Shown: piece by piece, positions 10,901 through 22,100 of the stretch
Numbering within the stretch: position 1 is the first letter of the stretch
Layout of the letters: every line of letters starts with the position of its first letter
Virus record (IMG/VR): IMGVR_UViG_3300031957_003334
Location: 1-56,309 of that record
DNA from: a virus
Lineage: Duplodnaviria; Caudoviricetes
Strand: one strand, 5' to 3'
Length of the DNA stretch: 56,309 bases
The notes under the pieces: generated by a model
The model's database searches: none
Told to the model about the DNA's origin: nothing
Seen by the model: the letters and a program-made list of their open reading frames with translations, nothing else
Position numbers and translations under genes: made by a program

Positions 10901-12195
10901 AAGAAGCGGGCATTATCCCCTAATCCCCGAGACAAATATAGGGAAGAAAAAGAGTCATCACGGTGAACACCCCTTAGTGCTTGTTGATCTAATGAAGAAC
11001 CCTCCAAACTATTGAATATAGTATCATAAAAATTGTAAACAATATTCTGAGGTGATAAGTCCTCTGCAAATCTTAGGTCCTGTAAAATTCTTCTGTCTGG
11101 AGAATCTATCGGCTCGCTATTGGGGGTAAAGTTAGGTCCAGATTCTGCTATTATTGAAGCCTGGACCAAAAGCTGCGGATCAGGAACCAAGCGGATTCCT
11201 TCCTCGGGAACGAATGGTAAATCTATATTCCCTCTTTCATTCTGTGTGTCTCCCAACAGTCTCCAGTCTGCTGGCTCTTCTTTTAAAATAATTTCTGGAA
11301 ATTTGTAGCCATTTCCTAGAACTGTGACGCAAGAAACAGGACCCATACCCCCATTAAGCATATAAAAATTTGGTTCTGGTCCCCGCTCCCCAGTAAGACT
11401 CTTTAAAAATCGTGGATAATCTAGGTACACAACAGCGTGAACACTCAAATGATTACCAACCACCTGAGGTATTCCCGCAATAAGATCTTGTTGACTGGGT
11501 AGTCTCAAGGTAACTGGGCTTATTTCTAGTGCATCAGAAAAAAACTGCGTGTTTCTACCAGTTCTTCGAGAAATATTAGTGATATTAGCATCCGTTTCTG
11601 GATCAAATGGCAGCAAATCTACCAGTGCTCTATCAAAGTAAACTAAGTCCTGATATTCGGGAGATAAATCAGCACCACGAGGAATAGAAGCATCAGAAGG
11701 AAAATAGAAGCCATCCACGTTAGCCATAAGATGGACGTGTTCTGACGTATAATAAGGACTTATTGGTCTGATAGATTGATTCAATAAATGCGACATTGGT
11801 GGCTGAAAGTTTGAGAGATACTCACTTTCCATCATATCGTTAAGGTCGGCTGGCGTCAGAGGAATATCCTGCTCTCCTTGACCAACTCGACCCATTGTTC
11901 TAAGGACTGGTTTACTAGACATTAAATATGCATTGTACACATCCTTAATATAATAAAGACCTTGTGTTTGTGTCTCGCTGAATGAGAAGATCAATCGTAA
12001 ATTTAAGAAATTTAAATAATTTGTGTCTTCGTACCAACTTAATGTGGATCGACCTGTGACACGTTCAACAAAACTTCCCTCAACGGTAATGAGATCAGAA
12101 TTCTGGTCTCTATTTGTTTCCAGGGTAACTTGTTCAATAGCAAATTCTGGTGCTATTAAGTCCGTCCCGCATATTATTCTACGACCTTCTGTCAT
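7987..12195 (-). CDS. Large hypothetical (probable virion) protein with Pro-rich C-terminus
   Basis: 1402 aa uninterrupted ORF within the tail/baseplate module. No domain recognised. Confidence 0.6.
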   Translation of the reverse strand: MTEGRRIICGTDLIAPEFAIEQVTLETNRDQNSDLITVEGSFVERVTGRSTLSWYEDTNYLNFLNLRLIFSFSETQTQGLYYIKDVYNAYLMSSKPVLRTMGRVGQGEQDIPLTPADLNDMMESEYLSNFQPPMSHLLNQSIRPISPYYTSEHVHLMANVDGFYFPSDASIPRGADLSPEYQDLVYFDRALVDLLPFDPETDANITNISRRTGRNTQFFSDALEISPVTLRLPSQQDLIAGIPQVVGNHLSVHAVVYLDYPRFLKSLTGERGPEPNFYMLNGGMGPVSCVTVLGNGYKFPEIILKEEPADWRLLGDTQNERGNIDLPFVPEEGIRLVPDPQLLVQASIIAESGPNFTPNSEPIDSPDRRILQDLRFAEDLSPQNIVYNFYDTIFNSLEGSSLDQQALRGVHRDDSFSSLYLSRGLGDNARFLFHFDLVDYMAQRSHFPKLYRDVSTARDLIEEGRLHFRNVPINIDLETKTEIMDMNIYRRQTSFLAQSVSNDLPSLNNSKTIGPSEDYPEYVINAPKLLSWGEDIGLPVGPGPTNGVYTYEGSDFFTELYSGDRPLIGDKLLPESVAKYQYGAEVVAVDGAPVYLRKCYEVIENSREIILGIYDMIVNSPPRTTNYPPLVKDGRGLYDYETGKTKIELSRIIYNPNRSTYELNFIEYEGSVTVEKILQDQICVYVELLEKLQIQFQNNSPNFIETIDEAQMTRRFLMMDADGNLVPNYDELKQRLYEAISAPTLNPQIILEIAKAVDLLSSSLETVVSSYFNDLNAADNTKSKSTLEQAGICQRKLILLRHKHYFNETFTYGIKNKYGYSYLLGNQFGGEEPGASDGKYGLARITHGYYKRRIVEEFNKYFITGKGDLANISQVALSEPYLKSGYSYFTPHTILRGSSPIDNDPKSEQTSPIVQPSYIVNAQFAGYNVNEYADLFADIIEYKYKMKYLNRVFYRGEKDFEDGNPTYASVLNSLGLEHECDVQIFGKEREYLDEIEQLKPSLSKKPRSTIQISSELFTYSAQIAIEGGILDDNPTATSILNSQTLNNLESIFGAQGPDSPQKPPPPGLPPLKLTFGILGELELNPEIAATASPVYEQMSLNSMVRLRDNFGLNFANVAASIDGPLNPLPNQLKSMLVCATTPDPVQLTPNIEARRILLLDQDDSQENQKVSYYEPGMPNDPVYSLTKDPMKVYAKMLTFWMNYKQLCVVEYLETFKNLNRSAPNNFKDGFISKSKVSMPEWRRLDETAMSRLKSGGLICRVRTLTQEDIARSLPRSVIPNASSPDQDTIEGVGSPPPAPFKPSEQIDVLETNEMFELPVYNEYFILQPSDQAAPADEQEPPRRRPDPEDLPEPQINPPPETSPPNLGGLIGQDFTPAVFIPPDLPISISRPGVGLRFGGSSY

Positions 12196-12197
12196 TT

Positions 12198-13115
12198 TTA
12201 ATCCTCGAACTCAATCCCTGCTTCTTCACAAAGTCTTACTATTTGTGCTTCATAATCGGACCTATACAACAACGAACCTTTTCGTTCTAGCCCTTCATCT
12301 ATCTCTCCATCAACATTTACAGATAGAAAATAATTAACATATTCTGGTGTTAGATCTGGGAATGCCTCGCCTATGGCTGGGTCGGTTCCACCGATATGGT
12401 CTTCGAGTCCAGCCTCACGGGCGTCTTCCTGTCTTTGACTAGAGTAAGATCCATCAATCAAGAATTTCAGAGGAACCAAGTTATCCTCTTGTCCGGGCAT
12501 TCTGCGAAAAACTTCGATTTCATAATTCGCACTACCTTTAAATACTGTATTAAGCTCTAACACATCCAGTAACAGGCGCTCATTTTTATGTAGAGAAAAT
12601 TCTACGTATGTTTGTTCTTCGCCTTCATCGTCAACATACGGTATTTCTTTCTTGTTATATTCAATTCCCAAAGAGGCAGTAAAAACAGGAATCGCCAGGT
12701 TTGACCGAAAAACATAATTTCCAGCAAACCCATTGCTGTCCTCTATATTATTTATCAACCAAGATGGAGCATAGTCTGACCAAGGGCTATTTCTACCTAA
12801 GAACCTGAAAAACTGGGCATTTGCTTCTGTGACATTATCAAATTGGTACTCTTGTATGTCTACAATGTTTTCTTCTGATGCCGAGCCTGTAAAATTTGCC
12901 TGAACTCGTAATCGGGGTGTTTGTTCCTTTATCCTTGTTACGATATTGTTTTGGGTCTCACCGTAGATTCCAGCGTATCCTGAATCATAGACGATATCAG
13001 TATCATAGAACCCATAATAGATTGGATTAAACAAACCCTGAGCAAACTTGCTTTTTCCGTAGGGAGTAAGCTGCAAGTCTATGACATCTTCTTTTTGATT
13101 AAAAAACTTTACCAT
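12198..13115 (-). CDS. Structural protein, N-terminal paralog of 4088..5134
   Basis: DLQLTPYGKSKFAQGLFNPIYYGFYDTDIVYD aligns by eye with DAVLTDEGRKRLAQGDGSFRIVKFALGDDEIDY. Confidence 0.55.
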   Translation of the reverse strand: MVKFFNQKEDVIDLQLTPYGKSKFAQGLFNPIYYGFYDTDIVYDSGYAGIYGETQNNIVTRIKEQTPRLRVQANFTGSASEENIVDIQEYQFDNVTEANAQFFRFLGRNSPWSDYAPSWLINNIEDSNGFAGNYVFRSNLAIPVFTASLGIEYNKKEIPYVDDEGEEQTYVEFSLHKNERLLLDVLELNTVFKGSANYEIEVFRRMPGQEDNLVPLKFLIDGSYSSQRQEDAREAGLEDHIGGTDPAIGEAFPDLTPEYVNYFLSVNVDGEIDEGLERKGSLLYRSDYEAQIVRLCEEAGIEFED

Positions 13116-13119
13116 ACTA

Positions 13120-13126
13120 TAAGTAT
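13120..13126 (-). promoter_or_regulatory. Putative late-promoter motif ATACTTA
   Basis: GATACTTATAGTATG: the motif ends 4 nt before the ATG at 13115. Confidence 0.45.
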
Positions 13127-13143
13127 CTTCCTATCATAAAATA

Positions 13144-16100
13144 CTACAGAGTTGGTCGGGGCATTGATCGCTGAAGCGATAAATTAGAAACGTCTGAGGG
13201 GTCAATTGTTGGAGGTCTAAAAATAAATCCTTGCCCTGGTAACTCTGTAGTTATTGGTCTTCCGTCCTGTAGTTCTTTTTCCATATCTGGTCGGAATCCA
13301 ACCTTAGTATTAATTTTTGCAAGTTCTACCAAAGAACAATAATCATATGGCCAGTTATACCCTGGGGCGTGATCCACTTGATATTTTAATTCTTCCCAGG
13401 TTCTTCTCTGTTCCTCTGTTTGTTCTGCTCTTATTCCAAATCTTGCCTCTGCCTGACGAACCAGGGCATCAAAAGTCAGGTTGCTTACTCCCTCTACTTC
13501 GTTTTGTATTAATTCAGTATAACTCCTAACACCTCTTTCCTTGACCTTAAACACCATCCAGCGAATCTTAGGTTGGAACCCGTTTGAGCCAAACGAAGTA
13601 TCCAATAAATCATGTCTTGGGACCCCTGTGCGATCAACTCCCAAGATTTCTTGGGCTTTCAAGACCTCTGGAAAAACGTTTGCGCCGATGCCTTCCGTCT
13701 CTTCGGCTGGCATATAGTGATCAATAGCAACCATACTCTTTTGCACCCTTGTAGACGAATTGGGCATTATACCTTGCCAAATGTCTGCCAAGTCTTGTTC
13801 TGAAAAATTAACTGTATGCTCCATCAAATATATAACGGGAACCGCAAATTGATCCTCGGGAGGAGGGGCATTACTAATACTATCAAAAGTGTCGGGTCCG
13901 AAGGGGTTAATAATATTTGGAACATCTGGGTAACCTGATGGTACCATTGGTTTTAGTCTTTCCATCAGCCCTGGCGGGAAAGAATATTTTGTAAAAGATC
14001 TTCTAAACTCTTTGACCTTTGGTCCCAGGATAGAATAATCACCTCTTAAAGTCATCAACCTAACAATGTTATCTTTATCTCTGTAGAACGGAATTGCTAC
14101 TATACCTTCAGAGAATGTTTTTTGGTTTGTTCCGGCGTCTTGAAGTTCTCCGAGACGTTTTGCCCTGCTGGGGTCCCAACCTCCTCGCATAATTTCACTC
14201 TCATCAAACCCTACCAATGTAGCCAATGATTCAATAGGCGGATTGTCTCCAAGTCTATCATAAACATATTTAGGTACTTTAGAGCAGAACCGATATCGAC
14301 CTGTGCTTGATGGTCCTGCGCTTGGGTCGCCGACCAGTCTATAGTCTAAATCTTTAAGAGAGACATCTCTCAAAAACAGGTAGATACCCTCATTGTCTTG
14401 CGGTTTTTGACCGCTGGTGTGCCACATCCCAAAGGTTTCTGAGTTGAACGCCCCGACCTCGACAGATGAGGAAAAATTCCATTTACCAGCAGCAGTTGTT
14501 GAGGTATTTCTGTGATCTAAAATAGGACATTCCCACTTAGGCATAATTACCCACTTATTAGGATCTAGTGTAACATAGGTCCCATTATCAGTTGGAAAAA
14601 TATTATCAATAACTATAGATCGATCGATATCCATCCGATTTTGCCACGCTCGATTCCAGTTATATGGAGGTGTTCCGGTAGTACTCACATAAGCACCCTC
14701 ATCAGGGCACCAAAAGGAACCAGACGAAAAGTCATAATAGCTACCGCTTTCATTTATGAATTCAACAAAACTTTGATCTAATATCTCCTGTAAAGATACC
14801 TCTGTGACGCCGGCTTCAGGAATATAGGTAAACCTTGCTATACTTGGTCCATAATAGTACGGTGGCGTAAATGGCGCAAATTCTCCACGGTGGTGGGGCC
14901 ATTCGGCTTCCTTTGGTCTCTGCCCATTGGAACTGACTGCCTCGGTGGCTATACTGTATCCTGTAAAGGTGGTCCCTGTTGATCCTGTTGCCGTTGGCAC
15001 ACCAAATGCATAAGGGTTGCTGTACAGGTTCATATTTGAAGTTTTTTGTAGTCCAACTTCCATCATATAAGCCACATTTTCATTTACTTGGACTTTGTTT
15101 ATGCCTCCCTGTAGTTGGTCTCCTGTTCCTGTAAAATCCTTAGGATTCCCAAATTTTGCCACAAATTTGGTCATATACCCCGCCTCAGCGTTAGCGGTTT
15201 CTTTCTTTTTCAAGAAGAATTTTGGTGTTGCACCTAAAAAGTTAGAAATGGCATTTCGATAAAGAGTGTCTTCCGAACCCTCTTTGGTAGACCCTGAAAC
15301 ATCGTTGAACAAATACTCATTAATATCAGACAACAAAATATCAGCGCTATTATTCCTTTTCAAAAATTCTTCAGGATTTAATATTGATTCGAAGGGGAAT
15401 CTTTCGGACCACCAAAAAGCAGCCAAATCACTGCCAGTAAGATTATCAGCAAAATTCCACTGGGCATAGGCATCTGTTGCCGACGGTCGGCGAGTGTTGC
15501 CCGGAATATTACCCGCAGTTATAGCAGAACTCAAGGATCCACTCTTAATCCCCGAAAGTGGCTGTGTAGCAGGGATAGGGTATATTGTCTGGCTTTGATT
15601 TCCATCTCGAAGCACTGGATAATCAACTGCTATACCCGACTTGATTGAATTATACATAATACCAGGGGCAAAGAATGGTCTTAGAAGAGTCCGCCAGCGC
15701 ATACCAGAACTGCCGGAAGCCCCCGAGAATATAGAGGAGGGACTATAAGAAGAAGAAAACAAAGTAGCGATTTGCAAAGATCTATCCTGAGGATAAAAAC
15801 CATCGTAAGGCAGGAACTTTATTAGGGCATCTGAGCTTATCTCTAGGTGTTTAGGATACTTGTTAAACAGCAAGTCAATCCCATGATCCATAAAGTCTTC
15901 CAAATTCTCGACGTGATCGGTATAGACATACCTTTCATAAAAATCATCAAAAGAACTGTTATAATTGTCGTGATTAGAGCCAGTAATAGACAAGGTTGAT
16001 GTTACTCTATTTAGAGGATCCCTGTTTGATAAGTAAGTTGGGTAATGTTCGCTAACCCTGTATTCTGGAACTATTGTATATTCTTGTCCGGCGAGGCGGG

Positions 16101-19100
16101 TATCTTTATGATACTCCTCATAAGAATTGTAAAAAGGATATTGTCGAGCGACCGCATTTCCATAGATACCAACTCGGCTTCGACCCGCTGACCAAAATGG
16201 TCTAGATATTGGTCCGCCAGGTGCATGCCACGCTGGAGAGTAATCATAACTCTTGCCTGTGTTGATAAGGCGAGAAGGAACGGTGTAAACATACTGACTG
16301 CTCACTGTGTTTGCTCGGGTTACCTGCTGCGGAGAAGTGAGTGGTGCTGCGGTATTGTACGCTGTGCCATAATGTGTTAACAGCAATTCTCCGCAAGGCA
16401 AACCACCAGCAGCACCTGCCAAATCCAAATATAAGGATGTGCCATCAATATTGTTAAATTCAGAAAACAACCAACTGTCTAATGGCCATATTGAACCTGT
16501 CCCAGCCCCTGTCGGCACAATGCTACCATAAGGCTGTTGTTCCGAGTTTTGAAGCACGTATCCTTGAGAAGTTGTGAAGGCAGATTTCCAGCGATTTTTA
16601 TTTCTGCTAACAATTGTCTGGTTTCCCACAGAGGAAAGGTCAGTGACACTTGTGAATCCTGCCATAAGAGAGGTAGCATAAGAAGTATTTATGTTTACAT
16701 CATCTTTCCAGAAGTTTATTTTGAAATTTTGTCTAGCCCTAGACTCTGAAAAATATGTATATATTTCTCTTGGATAAATTGTTTCCTTATAACTGTTCAT
16801 TTGAACTGTCTGAACACCATCTACAACAGCCAATACATTTTGCACATAGTGATCTCTTAAGATCTCATAAGGTCTTTTTATTTCCCCGTGCTGCCACTTC
16901 CATCTCTTGAAATGACGGTTGAGTGGGCGATTTGCAAACCCCATCAAAACGTTACCGTAAGAATAATCCACAGAAACATTTACTTCATCTTGCCTCCCGT
17001 ATTGAGTTTGTGCAGCGGTACCTGGGTTTGTTTTTATGAAACTTCTCATTGGTTTATAGCGAGAGGTTATTGGCGTTTCCTTGTAAGAATTTGCGAAACG
17101 GCTAATAACAGAACCACCTACTCGATTAACATAGGTGCTTTTTTTCGCCCCTTCTACTACAACAATCCCCCCGTTATCTGGATTTTCATCCGGTCGAAGT
17201 CTTCGAGGATTTAAAGGCAGACGGTACATAAGGTTTTTATTTAAACGTCGAGCAGCCTTTATTTCTCCAGACCTAAGTTGAGAAAAGACTGAATAAAAAG
17301 GCTGCCGAGCCCACAAATATCTAACAGATCCTGCGGAGCCAGTAAATGCACTTCCAGGGAACCCAGGAGAGGTTCCAAGACTACTAGTATAAACAGTTAA
17401 ATTTTCAGGCAACATAGTGCCGGATAGGATGTATTCTTGGTAACTTGGATTATTGCTGCCAGATATTGACCATAGCCACAACATATTATCTGCCGCAGGG
17501 ATAGGACGAGTAACAAAACCATTATCCCTTACAGATCCAGTCTTATACAACCAAGGGTCTGAGGCAGGAGTGCCCTGCCAGACATCTATAACTCGTCGAA
17601 GAGTGGTATTTCTTTGTGTTTTATGTAGGGCTGCTAGCCCTCCGCCATTCATAGGAAATTTAGCAGAAAATCTATAATAACCATCACCACGAGAAGCATT
17701 TATTATATTGGGCTCTGATATAGGAGGAGTAAATGTTAGAGAATATCCTCCATTATTAAACCAAGATAGTGTATTGCCGCCTTTTACCGCACTAGTAAAA
17801 TTAAATTCTGTGGTAGAACTCCCTATTGTTGAGTTAACTAAATTTTGCTGGAATCCACCCCACCCCGTATAAATTTTAAGGTATCCTTGTAGTCCAGCAC
17901 CGCCCCCAAGTGACTGCCCCATTGTTCTATTTGTTATGTTTCCAACTCGTCTGACTGCTTCATTTCTAAAGGGCAGGGCATTATTGGGAGAAAATTGATC
18001 TGTTGGTATATCACGAGTCTGTTGGCTTGAGTCCTGCTTACTGCCGGGCGAAGCAAACTGGTTAGCAATAATACTCTTAGTTATACGACGACCCGTTTTT
18101 TGGCGAGGAGAAGAGTATATAAATGCACCAAAAATACCAGAACCAGAAGGGGATGCGGTCAACAGTGTCCTAGAAGATGGTGGCGTAACAAATATTGTAG
18201 GCATCGCAGAAGCCGTAGTTGGAAGCGATGACTGATCTAAAGAATAATCAGAGGTTTGATAGATAAAATCAACATTGGCTAAGGTTCTGTCTCCGCCTTC
18301 AATGACTTCATAATTTTCAGAAAAGTTGCCGACTGGGAGAGCACCCTCCCAGGCTTGAATAGAGCCTGTAAAAGTTCTAATGTTCTCTATATTTACAGGG
18401 GACTTTGAGGCTAATCCTCGAAGATAATTGCCCTTGGGCGTAATCCCGGTCGTAATGCGATTTAAAGCAATCTGGTCTGTGCTAAGTGCGAGTGTATGTG
18501 ACTCAAGTCGAGGAAACGTAGAAATAAACTTCCTCATTGGATTCGCATGGCGTGCCTGAATTCCACCAACGTGCTGTTGGGTAAAAGGACCCTGCATAGG
18601 AACACTATGCTCTACAGGATGAATACTATCTTCGTGAAGGTTTGTTAATTCTACATTTGTTATCCCGTGAGATACCAAGGCTGCTTTGTAGTCGTTGACG
18701 TTTCCTACAGTTGCCGAAGAGGAAAGTGCAGTAAATGGAGACAACAGTTGTCCTTTATAATTCTGATATCCATCGGACGCCTTAAAAGATACGCTCTTTT
18801 TTTGAAGTTCGGGTGGTGTCAGTGGATCGTCACATGCTTCTTGGTCAAAGGCAAACTCAGTATAGATAACGTCTTTGACGTTTCTTTTTTTGTTAAGATA
18901 TTGGTTTATTCCACCTACTATTGGGGTCTCGAATTCTCCACTAAAACAGTAGACATTACTGGCGGTGTGGAGTGTCTTAACCGCTCGTAAAATAGAAGTC
19001 TTATCTGAGTTGACCCCCGTTACCGAAGATGATATATTAATGTTATTTCTTTTTGCTTTTGTTCTCCACCACCAACAATTTTCAGACTGACTTTGTATTC

Positions 19101-22100
19101 CGGCAGTATTTGGCAAAGGTGCGTGATTATATTTCCAGCCTGGAACGTCCGGGCATACACTGCCGTCATTATTTTCTATGGTTGCTGTTGGGCTCTTAAC
19201 ATTTCTTTTAAATTGTCCTGGGTATCCAAACCGAACTTTTGGTCTCTCCAGTACGTGGCTTTCTACGACTGTCCGAACCTCTTTAGCAAAACGAGCGGAA
19301 GCAGGGAAAAGTTGCTCAATCAATTCCGACATCGATGTATCGATCCACTTATAGAAATTAACATATTTTTCAAAATCTATTATACGAGTATCAGAATTGC
19401 GGAAAAATATTTCCCTCATTTTTTCTAGAGACTTATAGTCTTGTCGATATTTGTATACGGGCTCACCAATTAAATTGTTCATCTCCTCAATGGATGCGAA
19501 AAGTTGTAACATTCTTTCAGATATGTTTTTGTAGAGGCTCTTTTCTACTGCATAAAAGTAAGATACAGGTCGTTGACTACGGTTAAATACTTCATCATCA
19601 CTTACTACAATATTTACCATATCGCTGCTGACACCGTATTCTGGGACCTGAAGTTTTTGAGAATAGGTATATTGTTTTAAAGCCGTAGTTGAGTTGGGTT
19701 GGAAAAAGTCTCCACGACCCGTGTGCTGCCTGAGATTTAACTTAGAGAAATTGTCTCCCTGATAGTTACTCAAATAATCAGTGGAGTTTGAACCAGATGA
19801 AAAATCGTCTACCCAAAATCTACCAGATGCGTCACTTCCTGTTACATTATTAAAATCCCAATTTAAAGCAAGTGTTTGAATCTCTGGAACAAACACGCCT
19901 GGAGCGTTGTTTTGAAATTTATAAGCGTTTCTGTACGGATTTAGTCTACCAAAACTATCTGTTTCTTTTGCGTGTAGGTCCACTGTCCCAGTCGGAAGGT
20001 AATCTGTCCAATACCTGACACTAGAGACTCTTACATCACTTGTAACGAGATAAGATCCTGTAAAGTCTGTTCTTTCGGCTCCCGCATAAATTCTTTTAGC
20101 AAGGTTAAGATACTGAGAGCCTGAAATATAACTTACTTGCTTTTGTTCTGTGAAGCTATTTCTTAGTAACCCAGTGTTATAATTATAGCCGCACAACTCT
20201 ACAGTATAAGAACTTGAGGCAATAGAAGACCCATCGCTAATATCTGTACCAAAAACTCTTTGAGCGAAAGGATATTTTGGGGCTCTAACACTGAGTGCTA
20301 GGTTCCATTTTTCATTTTCATACACGTTTTGGAAAATACTACTAGTAAGGATTACATTATTGTTTCTGTCCAAAACCGCAAAGTAAACATCTTTTACCTC
20401 GCTTGTAGGCGAAAAAATCTCAGCATATGTACTTGGTGACCTAATTGCTTGAACTCTTAGACCGAAGTCCATATATTGTGTCGCCCATTGTAGGGCTGTA
20501 GATTTGGGGGAATTATATTGGGGTGTATGAAACCCAAAAAGCGACGAAGTTTCAACAACTGGTACAGTGTATGATAATGTGTCTTTGGTGCTCTTATCGG
20601 GAAAAACAACTTCGCCTTCAAGGGTAAACGCAAATTCATTAAAAGTGGTTTCGTGACTTCCAGTGGGAGATGATCCAGAAATTAACCCAAAAGAAGATTG
20701 TGGTCTAGAAGAATCATAATACTGATACACTGTGCCGAAGGCATCTTGCTGGTTTCTCAGCCCAGAAAAGTCAACATACTTTTTATTACTTACACCATCC
20801 AAATAATTGCTTCGAAGAATAAAATCTTCATTGTTTGGGTAGATGTTAACTGCTACAATATTTTCACCAACACCGAGACATCGAATAAAGTTACGAATAG
20901 CCTTCTCGGTGCCCTTTGATTTGTAGATATAAACTAAGTTATTATATATGTTTTTGTAGATTGAGTTTTTTATGGAGAACAACGCCTGGTCAAAATTGAT
21001 TTGCTCATCTCTTTGAATAAACTGTCCTAAAGTTCCAATGTTTTCGAAAAGTTCTGGTGCTTCTGTCCCTAGTGTTTCGATGAGTCTGTCATTATAAGGA
21101 AATTCGTTAAGACTCCCCGTTTGACTCCCGCTTGCATATGTGTTGTTTCTTAACTTTGAAACCGCACTTATTTGAGCATGTAAAACATCAAAATAGTTCG
21201 ATATAACCTGAACCAAGTCTCCTAGTTCTTGAGAGTTTTGATTGTCTTGTTCTCTAATCCACTTTGGAAAGGTGTTAATAAGACCGGCTGAGTTGTTCAA
21301 GTCATAATAATTTCCGAGGCTTATTAGTGAATTTTTGTTGGTGTCATACGGGATAGTTTGACGAACCGCCGGGTCCTTAGTTTCGAATTTAGATGTCAGT
21401 GACATCTGATCAATAGCGGAAGAGGTGTTACGAGTCAGCGTACTGCTATAACCTGTAAAGGAGCCATTTGATATACGACCCGAATAATCGAGAACAACCT
21501 TATCTACACTTCCAGTTCCCGTAATGCCTTCATTAAACTTATAATATAGACCTAAAGCAACGTTTGCGTCATACTTGTTTGTGCCGCCATTTACGTGCGT
21601 AAACCAATATCTACCGATATCTTCTGCGCTTCGATTGGTCTTCCAAAACCTGAACTCGTCTAAAGACGCAGATAATTTACCTTGACCCACCTGATCGGCG
21701 GCGGCACCAAATTGATCTGCTAGCGCATAAGTTGTAGACGAAGTGACAAGTGCTCCAAGGTTTGCCCTTAAGGATCCTGTAACTAAGCCTATTTCAGCAC
21801 CGGCAACAATATCCTTTTGAAAACAAACACCATCAACATAAAAGTCAAGTTTTGGCTGTTTCAGACTTGTGTCAAAAGCAAAAGCATAATGATGCCAACT
21901 ACCACTCGATAAATCAAGCCCACCTGTGGTCGGAACTGGAGTAGAAAAATAAGGAGCCGGTGCTGTTGCACCAGACTGAACAGTTACATAAAACCTATCT
22001 TGTGCCCCGCCATTACTAGCAGATATATAAATCTGAAAACGACCATAAGAATTTGAACTAGCAGTAACTCCGTTCCATAGGTCAAGTATGACCTGGCGGT

